A program made the position numbers and the translations under genes. From a virus (Duplodnaviria; Caudoviricetes), in the IMG/VR virus record IMGVR_UViG_3300050331_000001, positions 1 to 42,304 of that record: 42,304 nucleotides of DNA, one strand, 5' to 3'. The notes beneath the pieces are model-generated. The model saw only the letters and a list, made by a program, of their open reading frames with translations, did not search any database and was not told the origin of the DNA. Below, piece after piece: positions 35,122 to 42,304 of the stretch (the stretch's first letter is position 1; each line of letters begins with the position of its first letter).

Positions 35122-35279
35122 TCCGCTGGCCACTCGCCCTCGCGCGCGCCCTGCGGCTGTCCTACCTGCAGCTCGTGCAGTCGCGTGTCGAACAACTCGC
35201 GCCGTGGCATCCGGAATGTCGACTCATTCGCCTCGACATCGATCGCGCGCACGCCCGGCTGAACGCGACGTGGCGGTGA
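35118..35279 (+). CDS. Small hypothetical protein
   Basis: GTGA-coupled at both ends. Confidence 0.5.
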   Translation: MIRWPLALARALRLSYLQLVQSRVEQLAPWHPECRLIRLDIDRAHARLNATWR

Positions 35280-35410
35280 CGCTCGACGCCACGCTGCGCC
35301 GGGCGCGGTCGATCCCGGCTGCCCGCGACGAAACCCTGCGCCGTGCGCTCGTTCGGCGCGTGCTCTTCGATCTTCGCGCGGCACTGCGCCGCGGCAAGGA
35401 ACCCCGATGA
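35276..35410 (+). CDS. Small hypothetical protein
   Basis: Coupled at both ends. Confidence 0.45.
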   Translation: MTLDATLRRARSIPAARDETLRRALVRRVLFDLRAALRRGKEPR

Positions 35411-36060
35411 CTCTCGTTGGATTGACCGGATACTCCGGCGCCGGAAAGGACAGCGTCGCGAGACTGCTCGCCGAGCGCTTCCCCGTCGCCCGCATCGCCT
35501 TCGCCGATCGCCTCAAGCAGGAATGCGCCATCGCCTGGGGCGTGGACGTGCGGATCTTCTACGAGCTGAAGGACGTGCGGCTACGCCAGCTCGCGCTCGC
35601 CCGCTGCACCGATGACGAGTTCGTGGGCGCGCACCGACACCTGCTCGATCTCGACGCGTTGAAGCCGCGCACCGTCATGCAGACGTGGGGCGACTGGCGC
35701 CGTGCGATGGATCCGCGCTACTTCATCGACCGCCTGGCCGAGACGTTCGAGATCCTGATCGACGGCGGCGCCGAGCACGTCATCGTGACCGACTGCCGCT
35801 ACGTGAACGAAATCGTCTGGCTGCGCTCGCGCGGCGGGCTGCTCTGGCGCGTGGACAACCCACGCGTGCCGATGCCGCCCTCCGGGCACAGCTCGGAGAA
35901 GGAATGGCGCGCGGCGAACGTGGACGCCGTGATCCGCAACGACGGCACGACCGAGCAGCTCGCGAAGGTGGCGACGGACCTGTTCGGCGACGCGATCGGC
36001 GCAGGCCGCGAGCCGCTGCAGGTCACATACGAAGGCAGCGACGTCGATCCGCCCTACTGA
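35407..36060 (+). CDS. Deoxynucleoside monophosphate kinase
   Basis: GLTGYSGAGKDS P-loop, FADRLK, R.VMQ.WG, VTDCRYVNE, HSSE. Confidence 0.88.
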   Translation: MTLVGLTGYSGAGKDSVARLLAERFPVARIAFADRLKQECAIAWGVDVRIFYELKDVRLRQLALARCTDDEFVGAHRHLLDLDALKPRTVMQTWGDWRRAMDPRYFIDRLAETFEILIDGGAEHVIVTDCRYVNEIVWLRSRGGLLWRVDNPRVPMPPSGHSSEKEWRAANVDAVIRNDGTTEQLAKVATDLFGDAIGAGREPLQVTYEGSDVDPPY

Positions 36061-36156
36061 ATGCCACCCGCGCCCGCGGAACGCCGCGCGGGCTCCTCCT
36101 CCGAATCGTGGCGCATGCCGGTGGAAGGCCGGCACCAACAATCAACGAGGAACCCG

Positions 36157-36409
36157 ATGGCAAAGGCATTCGCAGTCTTTCTGCAGGAGATCAACGACGG
36201 CCGCGTGCACCATCGAATGGGGCTGGTGGCTCCTGCCCTTCGCAATAACGGTCGGCACGTTCATCGGCGCGCGCGTCATCAACAGTGAGGCAGGCGACGG
36301 TGGCGGATGGTTTGCCGGCGTGAACGCCATGTTCTCGTTCATCACCTACTTGCTCGTGTGCGTCGTGCCGTCGCTCGTCGCATGGCTTGTGTGGAGCATC
36401 TTCCGATGA
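36157..36409 (+). pseudogene. Apparent junction: truncated gene start (MAKAFAVFLQEINDGRVH) joined to a start-less membrane-protein frame
   Basis: GAGGA RBS and ATG at 36157; from 36209 a different frame reads IEWGWWLLPFAIT..VAWLVWSIFR to a stop at 36409. Confidence 0.55.
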
Positions 36410-36591
36410 TGACCAGCACCACCACGATGATCCGCCGACTCGAAGGAATGCTCGGCACGCGCGACCTCTCCGATTGGGAGCAGGGATTCGTCGAGACACT
36501 CGTCGCCAAGTTGGAAGCCGGCGAAGTGACGAAACTCACCGAGCGGCAGGTCGAAACACTCGAACGACTTCACGGGAAGCACTTCGCATGA
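36406..36591 (+). CDS. Conserved small phage protein
   Basis: L.GMLGT.DLSDWEQGFV..LTERQVE.LERL..KHFA. Confidence 0.7.
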   Translation: MMTSTTTMIRRLEGMLGTRDLSDWEQGFVETLVAKLEAGEVTKLTERQVETLERLHGKHFA

Positions 36592-37424
36592 CCACCATCA
36601 AACCTCTCGTCATCTATCACGGCAACTGCGCCGACGGCTTCAGCGCCGCATGGTGCTTCTGGCGCAAGTACGGCGACGACTGCGAATACATGGCCGGCGT
36701 CTATCAGCAGGACCCGCCCGACGTCACCGGGAGAGACGTTTACCTCGTCGATTTCAGCTACAAGCTCGCGGTCGTGCTCCGGATGCTTGAACAGGCTTCG
36801 CACATCGTCCTCATTGACCACCACAAAACGGCGATCGAGGACTTAGCCAGTATCGAGTCGGAGAAGTTCAGCGCCATCACCGACCTGAACCGCAGCGGCG
36901 CGACGCTGGCGTGGGACTTCCTATTCCCGCACGAACCGCGGCCGCTACTGCTCGGCCACGTCGAGGATCGAGACCTATGGCGCTTCAAGCTGCCAGGCAC
37001 GCGCGAGATTCAGGCGTGCGTGTTCAGCTACGAATACACGTTCGAGCAGTGGGACCGGCTGATGGCGGCGGATCAACCGGGACTGCTGCAGATGACCGTT
37101 GCCGGCGCTGCGATCGAGCGCAAGCACCACAAGGACATCGCCGAGCTGGTCGGCGTGTGCAAGCGTCGCATCGTCATCGGCGGGCATGACGTTCCGGTGG
37201 CGAGCCTGCCTTACACATTGACCAGCGACGCCGGCCACCTGATGGCGCAGGGCGAGCCTTTCGCCGCCTGCTACTGGGACACCGAAACGGCGCGAGTGTT
37301 CAGCCTTCGATCGTCCGATGAAGGGCTCGACGTGAGCGAAATCGCCAAGCAGTACGGCGGCGGCGGGCACGTCCGAGCGGCAGGATTCTCTGTGCCCCGC
37401 AACCACGAACTGGCGAGCGCGTGA
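36588..37424 (+). CDS. DHH/DHHA1-family phosphoesterase
   Basis: YHGNCADG, VDFS, IDHH, EDRDLW, FSLRS and GGGGH..AAGF motifs. Confidence 0.92.
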   Translation: MTTIKPLVIYHGNCADGFSAAWCFWRKYGDDCEYMAGVYQQDPPDVTGRDVYLVDFSYKLAVVLRMLEQASHIVLIDHHKTAIEDLASIESEKFSAITDLNRSGATLAWDFLFPHEPRPLLLGHVEDRDLWRFKLPGTREIQACVFSYEYTFEQWDRLMAADQPGLLQMTVAGAAIERKHHKDIAELVGVCKRRIVIGGHDVPVASLPYTLTSDAGHLMAQGEPFAACYWDTETARVFSLRSSDEGLDVSEIAKQYGGGGHVRAAGFSVPRNHELASA

Positions 37425-37999
37425 TGACCCCCATCGACCTGCAATCCTTCTGCGCGAAGGACGACATCCGCACCTACCTGATGACGCCTTTCGTCATCGA
37501 CGGGCACACCTACGCGACCAACGGACACATCATTGTTCGCGTGCTAGGTGGCGACCCTGACCCGGAGCAAGCGGTGCCAGAGCCCGTTCGACAAACGGCG
37601 CTGAAGATGTTCGCCACCGAGTACACCGACTACGAGCCGCTGCCGGAGATTCCGGCGCCGCAGGCGTGCTCGGAGTGCGCCGGCACCGGCCAAGTTGATG
37701 AGTACGAGTGCGAGGACTGCGATGGACACGGCGAGTTCACGCGCGGCAACCACGAGTACGACTGCAAGGAGTGCGATGGCAGCGGCAAGGTCCCCGGCGG
37801 CAAGTGCCCGAAGTACGGCTGCTGGTCTGGACAGATGCGACAGCCGATTTGGGTCGGGCCTGCTTTCATCGACGGTCGCTATCTGCGACTGATTGCGGCG
37901 CTGCCGAACGCGCGCATCCGAGTGGTCGGCCCGGAAGCCGCTGCCGCGTTCATCTTCGACGGCGGAGAAGGGAGGGTGATGCCATGCCGCGAGAAGTGA
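37421..37999 (+). CDS. Protein with DnaJ-type CxxCxGxG zinc fingers inside a clamp-like domain
   Basis: DDIRTYL..YATNGH, three CxxCxGxG motifs, C-terminal GRVMPCR. Confidence 0.7.
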   Translation: MMTPIDLQSFCAKDDIRTYLMTPFVIDGHTYATNGHIIVRVLGGDPDPEQAVPEPVRQTALKMFATEYTDYEPLPEIPAPQACSECAGTGQVDEYECEDCDGHGEFTRGNHEYDCKECDGSGKVPGGKCPKYGCWSGQMRQPIWVGPAFIDGRYLRLIAALPNARIRVVGPEAAAAFIFDGGEGRVMPCREK

Positions 38000-39024
38000 T
38001 CGACTACAAAGCCCTCGCCGAGCGGATCAGACTCTACGCCCAACTCGGCATCGAAGGCTGCGACCAGTGGCGAGACGACCTCCGCACCGTCGTCACGATG
38101 CTGAACGAGGCGGCGGCTGCGAGGCCGGTCGCATGGATAGACGAGTTCGGAAATGCCTTTCCGCTCGACGCGTGGAAACCTGCGAAGCGCACCGGCTACC
38201 TTGACTACCACAAGAAGGCGTGGAAACCGTTATTCACACACCCAGCGCCGCAACCGCAGCGACCCTACGGCACCGACACGATGAGCGAAATGGGCGTCGG
38301 CGACTACAGCGAGGACTACATCAGAGGCTACGACGCTGGATTCCTCGTCGGTGCGGAGAAGGGCAGGACGCCTCAACCGCAACCTATTCTGAGCGGATAC
38401 GGCGACTACGGCGCAGCCATTCCCGGAATCGAGCGTCCTTGCACCTGCCACCCGGACGACAACCCGCCTGTTCCGTGCGCGCAGAAATACGCTCTGAACG
38501 AGTGCAGAGCAGCGTCGGACGAGCCGACCGAGGCGCGGATCGAATGCCACGGCCTCGACACTCCGGAACGGGTCTGCTTCTACGAGCAAGACTTCTACGT
38601 GCTTTCCAACTTCAGTTCGTTCAGCGTGCAGTGGCGCGGCCACCGCTATCCGACGAGCGAGCACGTTTATCACGTCGAGAAGTTCAGGAACTACCGGGGC
38701 GACATCGCGGACATGATCGCATTCGCGCCTAGCGCCCACGAAGCGTTCAAGATCGCGGAGCGTCACAAAGCTGATCGACGGCCGGACTGGGATGAAATCA
38801 AGGTCGAGGTTATGCGCGAAATCCTGCGCGCTAAAGCCATGCAACACGAGTATGTGCACCTCAAGTTGCTTGCGACGGGCGACCGCGAACTGGTCGAGAA
38901 CTCGTGGCGCGACGACTTCTGGGGCTGGGGGCCAAACCGCGACGGCCAGAACATGCTCGGAAAGTTGTGGATGGAGATTCGCGCCGAGCTTCGTGCCGCA
39001 CTCGCGGCGAAGGAATCGAAATGA
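37996..39024 (+). CDS. Mosaic protein with C-terminal NADAR (YbiA-like) domain
   Basis: LSNF, YPTSEH.Y..EKF, RPDW..K..VM, LLATG..LVE, DDFWGWG and NMLGKLWMEIR. Confidence 0.9.
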   Translation: MIDYKALAERIRLYAQLGIEGCDQWRDDLRTVVTMLNEAAAARPVAWIDEFGNAFPLDAWKPAKRTGYLDYHKKAWKPLFTHPAPQPQRPYGTDTMSEMGVGDYSEDYIRGYDAGFLVGAEKGRTPQPQPILSGYGDYGAAIPGIERPCTCHPDDNPPVPCAQKYALNECRAASDEPTEARIECHGLDTPERVCFYEQDFYVLSNFSSFSVQWRGHRYPTSEHVYHVEKFRNYRGDIADMIAFAPSAHEAFKIAERHKADRRPDWDEIKVEVMREILRAKAMQHEYVHLKLLATGDRELVENSWRDDFWGWGPNRDGQNMLGKLWMEIRAELRAALAAKESK

Positions 39025-39437
39025 ATGAACCGCAATATGCCAAGCGCGACCCGATGGCACTCGACAAGGCGGGCAACTACTACTGCCGTCACGCTCAAGC
39101 GATGACTGCCGAAGGACTGCACGCGAAATCGGACATTGCAGCCGAACTTGCGTATCGAGATATGCAAATCGACCAGCTTCGTGCCGCACGCGAAGTGAAA
39201 GATGGCCCGGACTGGAAACAAGTCGCCATCGCGCAAGACGCCAAACTAAGGGCTATGTGCGACGAGCCGGGTGGGCTGGAGAAGTTGCGTACAGTGCTTG
39301 CACAGGCGCGAAGCGAGCCGACCGAGGCGCAGATCGAGGCGGCGGCGATGGAGATGTATGGGCTGCCGTTGCGTGATGAGCACCGCGAACGAGTGACTCG
39401 CGTGCTTCGTGCCGCACTCGCGGCGAAGGACAAGTGA
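39021..39437 (+). CDS. Mosaic phage protein
   Basis: YYCRH..AMTAEGLHAKSDIAAELAYRD; shares EPTEA and LRAALAAK segments with the upstream gene. Confidence 0.75.
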   Translation: MNEPQYAKRDPMALDKAGNYYCRHAQAMTAEGLHAKSDIAAELAYRDMQIDQLRAAREVKDGPDWKQVAIAQDAKLRAMCDEPGGLEKLRTVLAQARSEPTEAQIEAAAMEMYGLPLRDEHRERVTRVLRAALAAKDK

Positions 39438-39712
39438 TGGCAGCCGCTGATTATCGACTCTGCGATGTGTGCGACGGCAAGGTGTTCTACGACGCAAACC
39501 TCAACTACGAATATGGCCGCAACGACGAATGGGCGAAGAGCAAAACACCGTTCCGATGGGCCGGTGAAGAGCAAGGGAAGCCGGAGCACGACGACTGGCT
39601 GTTGCGTCTCGACTATCTCGGCGACTGGGCGGTGATCTGTAGCCAATGTGCCAAGACGCACAAGACGATCGTTGTGCCGATCGAAACGAAGGGGAACAAC
39701 GATGCTGACTGA
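39434..39712 (+). CDS. Cys4 zinc-binding hypothetical protein
   Basis: ADYRLCDVC..KVFYDANL..LGDWAVICSQC. Confidence 0.72.
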   Translation: MMAAADYRLCDVCDGKVFYDANLNYEYGRNDEWAKSKTPFRWAGEEQGKPEHDDWLLRLDYLGDWAVICSQCAKTHKTIVVPIETKGNNDAD

Positions 39713-39886
39713 ACGAACGTCTCCGACCTGCTGTGGTCACGCGATGGTGACGAGGAGCACGACGTATGGGGAACATCGTGCGGGCACTACTTCACGATCA
39801 TCGAAGGCACCCCGACCGACAACGAAATGCGGTTCTGCTGTTATTGCGGCGGGAACCTGGAGGAGAACAACGATGCTGACCGATGA
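39702..39886 (+). CDS. Small Cys-rich phage protein (frameshift near 39731)
   Basis: MLTERTSPTC, then WSRDGDEEHDVWGTSCGHYF..FCCYCGG in a shifted frame; one added C joins them. Confidence 0.55.
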
Positions 39887-40442
39887 ACAGACCGACCGCG
39901 AACTGCTGGAACCGGCTGCGAAGGCGGCGGGGATGGTCGATTACAACCCCGTGACCGGCGTAATGACTTGGAAAAGTAAGTCCCTCGACGCAAAGGACTC
40001 CGCTCGATGGAACGCCAGATATGCGGGAAAGGAGTGCGGGACTGTTGATGACAAAGGATACCGTCGAATTCTGTTTCGCTTTGGCAAAACGTCTGCGTTC
40101 AGGATTCGCACGCATCGGCTTGCGTGGTTCATAGCCTACGGCGTACTGCCGACGGCGGAGATTGACCATATTAACCAAGATAAGTCTGATAACCGCCTAT
40201 CCAACCTCCGTGATGTCCCGAAAGAGTTGAACCAACGCAACGGTACACGCAAATCAAACAATACGTCTGGCGTTCCCGGTGTTACTTGGCACAAGCAACG
40301 AGGCAAGTGGTGTGCTCAAGTCAACGTTTTAGGAATTCACTACCACGTTGGGTTGTTTGACGACATCGAAAACGCAGACAAAGCCGTGCGTGAGTTCAGG
40401 GCAACACACGGCTTTACTGAAAATCACGGGAGGGTTGTATGA
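39873..40442 (+). CDS. HNH-AP2 homing endonuclease
   Basis: YNPVTG..W, HRLAW, IDHINQDKSDNRLSNLR, NNTSGVPGV.W; visibly AT-richer than the flanks. Confidence 0.9.
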   Translation: MLTDEQTDRELLEPAAKAAGMVDYNPVTGVMTWKSKSLDAKDSARWNARYAGKECGTVDDKGYRRILFRFGKTSAFRIRTHRLAWFIAYGVLPTAEIDHINQDKSDNRLSNLRDVPKELNQRNGTRKSNNTSGVPGVTWHKQRGKWCAQVNVLGIHYHVGLFDDIENADKAVREFRATHGFTENHGRVV

Positions 40443-40693
40443 ACGACAAGGAGCTAACCGAACTTGCAGCTAAAGCGTTCGGTGTCGCTGCCGAAGGGTT
40501 TTCTCCGCTCACCGACGACGGCGATGCGTTACGGCTGGCCGGCACGCTGGATATGCAGGTCACCTTCGAGCATGACGCCAGCCGTGTACTGGCAGTCGCC
40601 GACGGCGGAAAGTTGGTCATGGAACAGTACAACGGAGACTGCCACGGCGCCGCTCGCCGCGCCATCGTCCGCGCCGCTGCGGAGGCTCGCTGA
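40439..40693 (+). CDS. Conserved phage protein
   Basis: DKEL.ELAAKA..PLTDDGDALRLA..RRAIVRAAAE. Confidence 0.75.
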   Translation: MNDKELTELAAKAFGVAAEGFSPLTDDGDALRLAGTLDMQVTFEHDASRVLAVADGGKLVMEQYNGDCHGAARRAIVRAAAEAR

Positions 40694-41055
40694 TGCCACA
40701 CGGAATCCACCCGCCAGAACTGGCGAAGATGAACGCCGATCGCCACGGCGAGAAGTACCAGCCGAGCAACGGCACAGAGGGCGAAATCTTCACCGATGTC
40801 TGGTGCCGAAACTGCGCGCGCGATCGCTCGATGCGCGAAGGCGATCCGATCGAGGAATGCGACGACGACGAGTTGTGCGACATCATCGCTCGCGCGTTCG
40901 CCTGCGACGTTGACGACCCGCGTTACCCGGTCGAGTGGCAGTACGGCCATGACGGCCAGCCGATGTGCACGGCGTTCGTGCCGGCCGGCGAGAAGGTGCC
41001 GCCGCCGAAAGACGATCGCACGCCGGATATGTTCGACGCGGAGGCGCGCGGCTGA
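40693..41055 (+). CDS. Conserved Cys-containing phage protein
   Basis: YQPSNGTEG..F...WC..C.RD..C.II..YP.EW..P.CTAF. Confidence 0.75.
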   Translation: MPHGIHPPELAKMNADRHGEKYQPSNGTEGEIFTDVWCRNCARDRSMREGDPIEECDDDELCDIIARAFACDVDDPRYPVEWQYGHDGQPMCTAFVPAGEKVPPPKDDRTPDMFDAEARG

Positions 41056-41090
41056 TGTTCCTCACCGCCGACGAGCTGGCCGAGCGATGA
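41055..41090 (+). pseudogene. Remnant of a former excisionase gene (MFLTADELAER)
   Basis: 11 codons resembling a Xis-type HTH N-terminus, coupled at both ends. Confidence 0.5.
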
Positions 41091-41425
41091 TCGTCACGCC
41101 ACAAGAGACCTTCCTCTCGCTCGACGAAGCGGCCGAGGCGATGCGCGTGCATCCCGAGACGCTACGCTCGTTGGCGGCGGCCGGCGAGCTTGGGCACAAG
41201 ATCGGCAAGGAATGGGGTTTTCTGGCCTCGGAAGTGGCGGCATACTGCCGATCCTGGAAGGAGCGAAAGCAGTGCGCCTCTACGAGCGCGAGGGGACGTG
41301 GTACGCGGATATCCGCCACGGCGGCAAGCGGTATCGACGATCTTGTGGGGCCGGCACGAGAAGGGAAGCGGAGGACGCCGCCCGGCGCATCCTTATCGCT
41401 CTTGCCATCGCGCCGCCCGAGCTAG
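41087..41425 (+). CDS. xis: Excisionase-like HTH protein
   Basis: FLSLDEAAEAMRVHPETLRSLA..G....KIG.EW; 3' end overlaps int. Confidence 0.8.
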   Translation: MIVTPQETFLSLDEAAEAMRVHPETLRSLAAAGELGHKIGKEWGFLASEVAAYCRSWKERKQCASTSARGRGTRISATAASGIDDLVGPAREGKRRTPPGASLSLLPSRRPS

Positions 41426-42243
41426 AGCGCACGCTGTACGACTGCCTGCTGGCGTGGCTACAGGCAGAGGATCGAGGCAGAACCGACAAATCGATCGTGC
41501 GCCAGATACGGGTGCACTACCCCGATCGCCCTGCCGGCGAAGTCTCCGACGAGACGCTGCGCAAGTCCCTCGCGCACCTGTCGCCGGGTAACTTCAACCG
41601 TTATGTTTCCGTCGTACGCGCCGCGCTGCGGCTGACCGCGCCGAACCCCCCGCGAATCTCCAAGCGCAAGGTGAACGACAAGCGGCTGCGGTTCCTCTCG
41701 GAAGCCGAGTGGCACAAGCTGCGCGCCAAGCTCCCGGCGCACCTGCTGCCGATGGTCGAGTTCTCGTTGGCGACCGGGCTGCGGCAGGCCAACGTCCTCG
41801 GTTTGCAATGGGACCAGATCAACCTGCAAAACCGCACGGTCACGGTCTGGGCCGACGTGGCGAAGATGAGGAAGCTCCTGCACCTGCCGCTGTCGGATTG
41901 GGCGGTGCGCGTGCTACGCGCCCAGATCGGGCAGCACCTAACCCACGTTTTCACGTACCGCGGCCAGCCGATCGCCTCGCCCAAGACCAGCTTTCGGGCC
42001 GCGATGGAAGCGGCGGGAATCCGCGACTTCACTTGGCACGGCCTGCGCCACACCTGGGCATCGTGGGCGGTGCAGGCAGGAACCCCGCTGCCGGTGCTCA
42101 AAGACCTCGGCGGATGGGAGTCGATGGATATGGTGATGCGCTATGCTCACCTCGCGCCGAGCCACTTGGCCGAGTATCGGAACGCCGTGAGGGCGCCGAA
42201 ACCGAGGCACAAAAAGGCACAAGTTAGCGGGCGCTCTCGCTGA
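41272..42243 (+). CDS. int: Tyrosine recombinase (integrase)
   Basis: AAGGAG RBS and GTG start; arm domain WYADI.HGGKRYRRS; TGLR, HGLRH, LGGW and RYAH motifs. Confidence 0.96.
   Translation: MRLYEREGTWYADIRHGGKRYRRSCGAGTRREAEDAARRILIALAIAPPELERTLYDCLLAWLQAEDRGRTDKSIVRQIRVHYPDRPAGEVSDETLRKSLAHLSPGNFNRYVSVVRAALRLTAPNPPRISKRKVNDKRLRFLSEAEWHKLRAKLPAHLLPMVEFSLATGLRQANVLGLQWDQINLQNRTVTVWADVAKMRKLLHLPLSDWAVRVLRAQIGQHLTHVFTYRGQPIASPKTSFRAAMEAAGIRDFTWHGLRHTWASWAVQAGTPLPVLKDLGGWESMDMVMRYAHLAPSHLAEYRNAVRAPKPRHKKAQVSGRSR
42206..42221 (+). repeat. Putative arm-type sites inside the int 3' end
   Basis: GGCACA x2, 10 bp apart; AAAAAGGCACA also occurs at 143..153. Confidence 0.65.
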
Positions 42244-42250
42244 AAGCCAC

Positions 42251-42293
42251 ACGCCCCCGTAGCTCAGTGGACAGAGCATCCCCCTCCTAAGGG
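42251..42293 (+). repeat. Right att core
   Basis: Identical to 12..54. Confidence 0.95.
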
Positions 42294-42304
42294 GAGGGTC
42301 GCAC
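42253..42304 (+). tRNA. tRNA-Arg(CCT), continuing beyond the window
   Basis: TAGCTCAGTGGACAGAGC D-arm; anticodon arm TCCCC-CTCCTAA-GGGGA; variable loop GGGTC. Confidence 0.9.

Larger units (their letters stand above)
12..42293. mobile_element. Complete lambda-like temperate prophage integrated in tRNA-Arg(CCT)
   Basis: Flanking 43-bp direct repeats, integrase next to the right repeat, and immunity, replication, head, tail and lysis modules in lambdoid order. Confidence 0.97.

Overview
The window is essentially one complete, GC-rich, lambda-like (siphovirus) temperate prophage of about 42.2 kb, probably from a betaproteobacterium (inference). It is bounded by a perfect 43-bp direct repeat (12..54 and 42251..42293) that is the 5' half of a tRNA-Arg(CCT) gene. 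The minus strand (about 32089 to 296) carries cro/cII-like genes, two HNH genes, a primase-VapE helicase with an iteron origin, cos, terminase, a Mor-like late activator, portal, an inserted five-gene fibre module, a ClpP-capsid fusion, tail genes, a PagP-like beta-barrel, the lysis cassette and four post-lysis genes. The plus strand (32169 to 42243) carries cI, a lipoprotein, a mosaic early-left region (dNMP kinase, DHH phosphoesterase, NADAR fusion, HNH-AP2), xis and a tyrosine integrase. The best candidate for an undescribed system is the module between portal and capsid. It pairs a cytoplasmic LamG-tipped protein with 13 strand-like 20-aa repeats with a fibre-subunit-like protein that has a Sec signal peptide and a Cys pair. 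It is followed by an anti-Shine-Dalgarno sRNA-like terminator and a leaderless-type late promoter. At least five single-base frameshifts, each repairable by adding one base next to an identical base, look like sequencing errors. Family assignments come from motif recognition only; no database searches were run.
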